Shown: one piece after another, positions 13,003 through 18,855 of the stretch
How the letters are laid out: each line of letters begins with the position of its first letter
Numbering within the stretch: position 1 is the first letter of the stretch
Assembly: GCA_029907105.1 (NCBI GenBank)
Contig: JARYMM010000050.1
Coordinates: 1 to 26,355 of the forward strand
Length of the DNA stretch: 26,355 bases
Reading direction: 5' to 3'
Origin: Anaerolineae bacterium
Lineage (GTDB): Bacteria; Chloroflexota; Anaerolineae; UBA3071
Program-made: the position numbers and the translations under genes
The notes under the pieces: generated by a model
Databases searched by the model: none
Told to the model about the DNA's origin: nothing
What the model saw: only the letters and a program-made list of their open reading frames with translations

Positions 13003-15814
13003 CGGAAGGCGTGCACAGGTCTGGCAGATTGGGGCAGGTGGGACGGCAAGGCTCGTCACCGATGTACTGTTGCCACTCCTCCAGGGTCAGATTCCTGGGC
13101 AGACGGGCGCAGGCCTCGGCAATCACATCCTCCGGCCTCCACAACGACACCTGCACCGTGCCATCGCTGTGCCCCGAGGCCACCCATCGCCCATCAGGGC
13201 TGAAGGCTACGGCCTTTACCGTACCTCTGTGTTCCATACGGGCCATCTCCTGCCCGCTGGCTGCCTCCCACACCCGTGTTGTGCCATCTCTGCCTCCTGA
13301 CGCTACCCACGTCCCATCGGGGCTGAAGGCCACGCCTTCTGTCACATCCCTGTACTCCATCCGGGTCACCTCCTGACCGCTCGTGACCTCCGCTATGCGC
13401 ACGGTGTTGTCCCCCATCCCCAAGGCTACCGCCACCCACTTACCGTCAGGGCTGAGCGCCAGGTCATTTACATAACTCTCGTAGGCAATGCGGGTCACCT
13501 CCTGGCCGGATGCGGCGTCCCAAACCAGCACTGTGCCATGTTGGTCCCCAGAGACCACCCACCTTCCGTCGGGGGTGAAGGCCACGCCGCTTATCGGGCC
13601 ATCGTGCACCATCCGGGCCACCTCTCTTCCAGAAGCTATCTCCCGTACCCGCACTGTGTTGCCCAAACTCCCTAACCCTATCGCCAACCGCTGTCCGTCG
13701 GGGCTGAAAGCCATAGCCGTCACCTCATACCTGTCCTCCAGCCGAGCCACCTCCTGCCCGGTGGTCACTTCCCACACCCGTATCGTTCCCTCCCCGCTCC
13801 CCGAGGCCAGCCACTGGCCATCAGGGCTGAAAGCTATGGCTCTCACGTAGCTGTGCTCCATGCGGGCCACCTCCTGCCTGGTGGCCACCTCCCACAATCG
13901 CACCGTGCCATCCGCACTCCCCGAAGCCATCCATCGCCCATCGGGACTGAAGGCCAGAGTGCTGACCTCGCCCTGGTGTTCCATCCGGGCCACTTCCCAG
14001 ATGCGCACTCTGTTGTCCTCGCTGCCTGTCACCACCCGTCGCCCGTCGAGGCTGAACGCCACGGCGTTCACCGCCCCTCCGTGGAACATCCGGGCCACCT
14101 CCCGCCCGCCGGCCGCCTCCCACACTCGCGCCGTGCCATCTCTGCTCCCTGACAGCACCCATCTTCCATCAGGGCTGAAGATCACGGTTTCCACTCCACC
14201 GTCATGTCCCCTCGAGGCCACGATGCGCCCACTGTTTGCCTCCCACACGCGCATGGAGTAGTCCCAACTTCCTGAGGCCACCCACCTTCCGTCGGGGCTG
14301 AAGGCCACGGCGTTCACAGGCCCGCCGTGTACGACGCGGGCTATCTCCTGGTCGGTAGCCACCTCCCAGACCAGCGCGGCGTTATCTCCCCATCCTCCCA
14401 ATGCCACACGCTCGCCGTCGGGGCTGAAAGCCACCGTCCATACCCGTCCCCCGCGTTTCATCCGGGCTATCTCCTGCCCGGTGGCTGTCTCCCACACGAC
14501 GGCTCCGCCGTCATTTTCAAATGGCCGTTCATATCCTGACACCAGCCACCTTCCGTCGGGGCTGAAGGCCACGGCCGTGACCTCACCCTCGTGCAGCATC
14601 TTCGCCGTCTCCTGCCCGGTGGCAACCTCCCATATCCGTGCACTGTGGTCGCGGCTTCCAGAGGCTACCCACCTTCCGTCGGGGCTGAAAGCCACCGCTT
14701 CCACCGACCCTTCATGCGTGACACGGGCCACTTCCTGTCCGCTGGCGGCTTCCCACACCCGCATCGTGCCGTCCGCGCTTCCCGATGCTATGTGCTTTCC
14801 ATCGGGACTGATGGCCACGATGCGCACGGCCCCCTCATGCCTCATGCGAGCCACTTCTCGCCCCGTAGTCGCCTCCCATAGGCGCACCGTGGCATCCTCG
14901 CTCCCCGACACGGCCCACCGGCCGTCGGGGCTGAAGGCCACGGCATTGACCTTACCTTCATGCGCTGCCTGGGCCACCAGCGGAGGAAACAGGGCCAGCC
15001 CACGGTGCAGGACCTGGTCTCCTTCCAACGAAGGGAAGCGCCGCATGGACTCCGTAGCCAGCAGCATACTCCACAGCAGTCCGCTGCCCGTTTCCCCCCA
15101 TACCATCTGCGCCTGGGCCGCCAGTTGCCGGGCCATGGCCACCTGGCGCTGTTCTTGCGCCTGAGCCTGGGCCGTGGCCCGCACCTGGGCTTCCATTACC
15201 ACTGTGGCCTGGGCCATTTCGGCCTGGGCCTGCGCCGTGCTGCGGACCTGTGCTTCGGCCGCGGCAGTCGCCTCGGCGGCGGCTGCCTCCTGGCGCGCCT
15301 GGCCGGCCTCCAATGTCCGCTGGCCAGCATACCGGACCAGGCCGACAGAGATCAGGACGAAGGCCAGGACAAAGACAGCCGTCAGAAGGCGACGCCGAAA
15401 GCGGCGCTGTTCGTCGCGGCGCTTCAGCTCGTCAAAGCTCACGCCCAGCATGCCTGCCAGCAGCTTGAGCCTGGCGTTGGCCCTGCCGTCCCCCTGCCGG
15501 CGGGCATCAGCGGCCACGGGTTCCATCTGCCTGAGCGCCGGCGGAAAGCACTCGCGCTCGTCGCGGCTGTTGGGCTCGCCATCCACGATGAAGGCGAAAA
15601 CCCGCTCGCTGCGGCCCAGTTCGGCGAATGTCTCGATCTCCCGGTTTACCCACCTGGACCGCGCGGCACGCGGAGAACAGACCACGATCAGATAGCGCGA
15701 AGCGGCCAGGGCCTCTTCGATGGCTTTACCCAGGTCCGCGGAGGCGGGCAGCTCGTCGCGGTCGCGGAAGACGGGTTGGAAGCGCCTGGGAGCCAGATCC
15801 CCTGCCGGCGTCAC
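12959..15814 (-). CDS. TIR domain - single TM - coiled coil - 15 WD40 repeats. Coordinates use the first canonical start (GTG); the true N-terminus is probably upstream, near 15940
   Basis: 951 aa from the GTG at 15814.
- TIR core: RYLIVVCSPRAARSRWVNREIETF ... VFAFIVDGEP, with the conserved Glu present.
- The first TIR strand and helix (YWAFISYSSKDTAHAKWLHRAIETYGIP) are encoded in frame upstream of the GTG; I translated this by hand.
- A strongly basic segment (KRRDEQRRFRRR) precedes the TM helix LLTAVFVLAFVLISVGLV (nt about 15335-15391).
- An Ala/Gln-rich coiled coil follows.
- Then come 15 repeats of the type HxGxVxAVAFSPDGRWVASGSxDGTxRVWEVATGQEVARM. Confidence 0.9.
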   Translation of the reverse strand: MTPAGDLAPRRFQPVFRDRDELPASADLGKAIEEALAASRYLIVVCSPRAARSRWVNREIETFAELGRSERVFAFIVDGEPNSRDERECFPPALRQMEPVAADARRQGDGRANARLKLLAGMLGVSFDELKRRDEQRRFRRRLLTAVFVLAFVLISVGLVRYAGQRTLEAGQARQEAAAAEATAAAEAQVRSTAQAQAEMAQATVVMEAQVRATAQAQAQEQRQVAMARQLAAQAQMVWGETGSGLLWSMLLATESMRRFPSLEGDQVLHRGLALFPPLVAQAAHEGKVNAVAFSPDGRWAVSGSEDATVRLWEATTGREVARMRHEGAVRIVAISPDGKHIASGSADGTMRVWEAASGQEVARVTHEGSVEAVAFSPDGRWVASGSRDHSARIWEVATGQETAKMLHEGEVTAVAFSPDGRWLVSGYERPFENDGGAVVWETATGQEIARMKRGGRVWTVAFSPDGERVALGGWGDNAALVWEVATDQEIARVVHGGPVNAVAFSPDGRWVASGSWDYSMRVWEANSGRIVASRGHDGGVETVIFSPDGRWVLSGSRDGTARVWEAAGGREVARMFHGGAVNAVAFSLDGRRVVTGSEDNRVRIWEVARMEHQGEVSTLAFSPDGRWMASGSADGTVRLWEVATRQEVARMEHSYVRAIAFSPDGQWLASGSGEGTIRVWEVTTGQEVARLEDRYEVTAMAFSPDGQRLAIGLGSLGNTVRVREIASGREVARMVHDGPISGVAFTPDGRWVVSGDQHGTVLVWDAASGQEVTRIAYESYVNDLALSPDGKWVAVALGMGDNTVRIAEVTSGQEVTRMEYRDVTEGVAFSPDGTWVASGGRDGTTRVWEAASGQEMARMEHRGTVKAVAFSPDGRWVASGHSDGTVQVSLWRPEDVIAEACARLPRNLTLEEWQQYIGDEPCRPTCPNLPDLCTPSALTPVPLPMGEGQG
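13139..14962 (-). repeat. Intragenic tandem array of 15 WD40 units of about 126 bp (42 codons), with recurrent near-identical DNA blocks
   Basis: Strings such as tcggggctgaaggccacggc and ccatcagggctgaaggc recur at roughly 126-bp intervals on the plus strand. They encode the AFSPDG core of each blade. One unit is shortened (..RVRIWEVARME) and one is lengthened (GYERPFENDGGAVV). Confidence 0.85.
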
Positions 15815-15937
15815 ATGCCCGTGCTCTACCAGCTTGGCCGGGATGCCGTAGGTCTCGATGGCACGGTGCAGCCATTTGGCGTGGGCCGTATCTTTGCTGC
15901 TGTAGCTGATGAACGCCCAGTAACGGTATTCCTGAGG

Positions 15938-15955
15938 GATGGCTGCTTCCTCCTC
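15938..15955 (-). promoter_or_regulatory. Strong Shine-Dalgarno (GAGGAGG) plus an in-frame ATC, the candidate non-canonical start of the TIR-WD40 gene
   Basis: Minus strand: ACC GAG GAG GAA GCA GCC ATC CCT CAG GAA TAC CGT TAC TGG GCG TTC ATC AGC TAC AGC. GGAGG (15953-15949) is followed by an 8-nt spacer and then ATC (15940-15938). No ATG, GTG or TTG lies in frame between the TAA at 15982-15980 and the GTG at 15814. Confidence 0.4.
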
Positions 15956-15979
15956 GGTGAAAGCCTCCCCTGGGGGCCT

Positions 15980-17776
15980 TTAGTTTAGCCGATATACCTG
16001 CAACCCCGCCCGCGCCAGAAGGCGCGGCAACTCGCGGACGGTGTGGCGGTCTTTCTCCTTTTCCGATGCGGGCAACTCGTCCCACGGTACCAGGTCGGGA
16101 CTGGTCCTCCTTTCCAGGTCCTTGGGCCCTGGGGCATAGGTCCAGCCGGCACGCCGCCGCTCCTCGACGAAGCGCTGGTGTTCCATCTCGGCCATCCGCT
16201 CGACTTCCTCCGCCGTGAACTGGAACCGCTCCGCCTCCCAATCGGTCAAAGGGGCGATGGCGCAGCCAACGGCCCTCAGTTTCACGCCGATGTGGTCTGC
16301 CTGACGCCGGTTGGACTCCTTGAGGCCCTCCGGCAGTTCGTCCCAGGGCACCATCGAGGGGTTGGACTCGGGGGTCTGGCCCTGCTCCGCCTGATGGCGC
16401 ACGTACTCTTCGTGGATGGCCCGCGCCAGCATCTCGTGCGTGCCGCCGAGCAGCAACTCCGGCCGGCAGGTGCGATCCAGCAGGCCAAAAGCGTGCAGGT
16501 TAGCAAAGGCACCGCCTTCGCCCTCCGCCCGGCGCAGCAGCGTGGCCAGCCCTGCCTCGTCGCTCATGCGCACGACGATGGGAATCGCCCGCCCTCGAAG
16601 CTTTTGCAGCAGCGTCAGGCCGGCGGTCAGGCCGGCGGAATCGTCGCCCAGACAGATGTAGATGGCAGTCACGTCGCTACAGCCCTGAGGGTCGAAAAGG
16701 AACTCTGCCCGCTGATACTCCGGCCAGCGGATGTCCATCTGACGGGGGATCAGTTCGCAGACCTGCGCAAGCTGGGGGTAGCGCAGGCCCAGCGTTTGCA
16801 CTTTGCGTTCGGCTTCGCGGTCCACGATGGTAATGCGCAGCCGTGTATCTGCTGTGCCCTGTCGCTCCCGCCAATGGCGCGCGGCGCGCACGACCAGACT
16901 CTGCCCCATGCGTCCCAGCCCCACCACCAGCAGGTGCGGTGGGGTGGCCGGGGCCGGCCCTGCTTCGTCAAAGGGCGGATATTCCTCCAGCAGGGCGCGG
17001 GCCCCCAGCCCGTAGACGTTGAAGAACTCCAGCCGGAAGGCGCCGCTATCCTCCAGCTCCCGCTCCCGAAGCAGGTCGCACAGTTGGGGGTCCACCAGGT
17101 GGACGAAGCGGGTCAGAGGCTCCTCGCGGCCGGCGGCCAGTTGGCGGGCGTGGACGGCGATCTCGGCGTTGACGCCGTCATCCCCGCCGGCCGCGACCAG
17201 GTATCTGGCCGCCTGGACCCCGGCGCGGTGCAACAGGTGCGGGTCCGTCGCGTCGCCGATCAAGACCATCGCCCCCTGGTCGCGACATGGCCCCAGCAGG
17301 TGGTCGTCCTCGTTCTGTTCGATGACCACGACCTGCTCGCCCCGGGCGAGAAACCCTTTGGCCAGCAGGAAGCCCTTGCGACCCAGCCCGCAAATCACCA
17401 CGTGATCGCGGATGAAGCGCAGGCGCAGCGACTGGAACTGCTCCGAGAAAAGGACGGTCAGGGCCCGCACGGCGGTATAGGCGGCCACGGTCGGGGCCAG
17501 GAGCCGCGCCACCTCCAGTTCCCAGCTTTTGGGTCCGGGGAGCGAGCCAGACTCCAGCGTGAACAGTTGCAGGGCCAGGTAGAAGAGATCCCAGGGCGAG
17601 CGGGTCTCCTGCCGCGCCGCAAAGAGCCTGGCGAAGCCCAGGTAGCCCAGAACCGGCGTGACCAGCCACAGCCCGCCGATCACGCCCCACTGGATGTCAT
17701 GCCATCGGTGTCGCCCCTGTTCCCGCCAGAACGTCTTCAGGCGGTTCCACCACTTCAGCCCGCCCGGGTTGTTCAT
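15980..17776 (-). CDS. Membrane protein: 2-TM channel-like N-terminus - two TrkA-N (RCK-type NAD-binding Rossmann) domains - C-terminal RyR domain
   Basis: 598 aa.
- Hydrophobic helices: WGVIGGLWLVTPVLGYLGFARLF and ARLLAPTVAAYTAVRALTVLF. They flank a short helix and loop, WDLFYLALQLFTLESGSLPG.
- Rossmann GxGxxG motifs: VVICGLGRKGFLLAKGFLARGEQVVVIE and LLVVGLGRMGQSLV.
- RyR-type repeat (nt about 15992-16435), clearly paralogous to the C-terminus of the 829-aa protein: AIHEEY...LKESNRRQADH...MAEMEHQRFVEERRRAGWTYAPGPKD...SPDLVPWDELPASEKEKDRHTVRELPRLL. Confidence 0.8.
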   Translation of the reverse strand: MNNPGGLKWWNRLKTFWREQGRHRWHDIQWGVIGGLWLVTPVLGYLGFARLFAARQETRSPWDLFYLALQLFTLESGSLPGPKSWELEVARLLAPTVAAYTAVRALTVLFSEQFQSLRLRFIRDHVVICGLGRKGFLLAKGFLARGEQVVVIEQNEDDHLLGPCRDQGAMVLIGDATDPHLLHRAGVQAARYLVAAGGDDGVNAEIAVHARQLAAGREEPLTRFVHLVDPQLCDLLRERELEDSGAFRLEFFNVYGLGARALLEEYPPFDEAGPAPATPPHLLVVGLGRMGQSLVVRAARHWRERQGTADTRLRITIVDREAERKVQTLGLRYPQLAQVCELIPRQMDIRWPEYQRAEFLFDPQGCSDVTAIYICLGDDSAGLTAGLTLLQKLRGRAIPIVVRMSDEAGLATLLRRAEGEGGAFANLHAFGLLDRTCRPELLLGGTHEMLARAIHEEYVRHQAEQGQTPESNPSMVPWDELPEGLKESNRRQADHIGVKLRAVGCAIAPLTDWEAERFQFTAEEVERMAEMEHQRFVEERRRAGWTYAPGPKDLERRTSPDLVPWDELPASEKEKDRHTVRELPRLLARAGLQVYRLN

Positions 17777-17812
17777 GGATGCCTTTAAGGTGTGCAGTCT
17801 GAAAGCAGTGGC

Positions 17813-18841
17813 CTAGAATATCCTCTGCTCCAGAAACGCCCTGGCCTCTTCCAGGGCCGGCAGGGAGCGGGCCATGTCCAGATGGATGCCCAGCTCGGCG
17901 GTCAGCGGCTCCAGGAGGTTCCAAAGCCGCTCGCTGCGCACGTGCACACGGGCCGGCAGGCCGCGCAGGGGTTGCAGGGCCTTCAGGAAGTTCTGCGGCG
18001 TCTGCTGCCACACCGCCTTCAGGGTCGGCTTGGGAGCCATGAGGTCCGTTCGCAGGATGAACCCCGAGTCAGCATCCACCAGCATCAGCATGTAGGCGAA
18101 GTAGGGCCGCGGGTCCCCCTTCTCTTGGATGCCTCCGGGGAAGGGAAAGAGATCGGCTTGCAGGGTCATCTTCAGGAAGGGAAGCCGACGCAGCGCGGCC
18201 AGCTCCGCAGGCTCGATGGTTATGGCCAGAGGCTGCTCCTCGAAAGGCTCCGGCTCCAGCCATTCGTCTCTCCAGACCAGGGCGCCCTCCCGCGCTTCGG
18301 CCGTGCGCACCAGGTAAATGCCGTCGTACAGGGGATCCAACAGATTGGGGTTATCCCGCACCCGCAGGGCCACCTCCAGGCCCTGCTCCAGGGCCACGGT
18401 CAGGAAGCGCGCCTCGGCGTCGCTCACGAACCAGGGCAGGTAGCCGGGCACATAGGCGCGGAACAGCGGCCAGGCCTGCCGCCCGCGGAACTTCAGCCCC
18501 AGCGATTTGATGACTTCCCGATCTTTGTCTTGCAGCTCTTCCCGATCCTCCCAGGAGGCCTGCAATTGGGGTATTTCCAGGATGATGGCGGGGTCTGCCT
18601 CGGCGTCCGTGTGTATCCGCCAGAAGCCCTCCAATCCCTCGGACCCCGGGTAGAGGGCCAGAGCCAGGTGTTCGCCCAGTGCGCCCATGATGCTCCCGTA
18701 GCCGATCTGCCCGCTTTCCGGATCGCGCACGCCGAAGAGGTCGTCCTCGAACATCCATTCCCAGGGGGCGGCTTCCTTGAAAGCCGCCGCCGCGGCGTAG
18801 AGCTTACGCCACTCGTCAAATGAAGGTTGTTGTGTGTCCAT
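17813..18841 (-). CDS. Conserved hypothetical protein (function unknown)
   Basis: 342-aa ORF with coding-like GC3 and non-repetitive, globular-looking sequence (FDEWRKLYAAAAAFKEAAPWEWMFEDDLFGVRDPESGQIGYGSIMG...). I recognise no catalytic motif. It is 14 nt downstream of the PmbA-like gene and 36 nt upstream of the TrkA-N/RyR gene. Confidence 0.6.
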   Translation of the reverse strand: MDTQQPSFDEWRKLYAAAAAFKEAAPWEWMFEDDLFGVRDPESGQIGYGSIMGALGEHLALALYPGSEGLEGFWRIHTDAEADPAIILEIPQLQASWEDREELQDKDREVIKSLGLKFRGRQAWPLFRAYVPGYLPWFVSDAEARFLTVALEQGLEVALRVRDNPNLLDPLYDGIYLVRTAEAREGALVWRDEWLEPEPFEEQPLAITIEPAELAALRRLPFLKMTLQADLFPFPGGIQEKGDPRPYFAYMLMLVDADSGFILRTDLMAPKPTLKAVWQQTPQNFLKALQPLRGLPARVHVRSERLWNLLEPLTAELGIHLDMARSLPALEEARAFLEQRIF

Positions 18842-18855
18842 GAGTTGTCTCCTAT

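Noticed and set aside
13139-14962. Regular repeats of about 126 bp that could superficially suggest a CRISPR-like or satellite array
   Set aside because: The repeats lie within one continuous ORF and correspond exactly to WD40 blades. There is no repeat-spacer organisation and no cas genes.
15160-15310. GC-rich, quasi-repetitive gcc/cag tract
   Set aside because: It encodes the Ala/Gln-rich coiled coil (AQAQAEMAQATV...AQAQAQEQ) that follows the TM helix of the TIR-WD40 protein. It is low-complexity coding sequence, not a separate element.
15980-15982. Recoded stop (selenocysteine or pyrrolysine) joining the RyR and TIR-WD40 ORFs
   Set aside because: The stop is TAA, not TGA or TAG, so Sec or Pyl recoding does not apply. 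Generic readthrough stays as a low-probability alternative in the findings, but I see no recoding signal that I can support.
6959-17776. The TIR/SLOG block as part of an obvious mobile genomic island or prophage
   Set aside because: No integrase, transposase, tRNA attachment site, flanking direct repeats or visible compositional shift occurs in the window. The block is embedded in one long co-directional gene run. Horizontal origin can be neither supported nor excluded from this sequence.
16043-17788. 581-aa plus-strand ORF. Similar long plus ORFs occur at 1068-2111, 3188-4057, 4126-5229, 9951-10673, 10704-11642, 11715-12464, 12308-13300, 14960-15988, 17792-18823, 19093-20142 and 20317-21804
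   Set aside because: Each lies entirely antisense to a minus-strand gene with clear family motifs. Their translations are Arg/Gly/Ala/Pro/His-rich and lack motifs. I judge them to be stop-poor antisense frames of GC-rich coding DNA.
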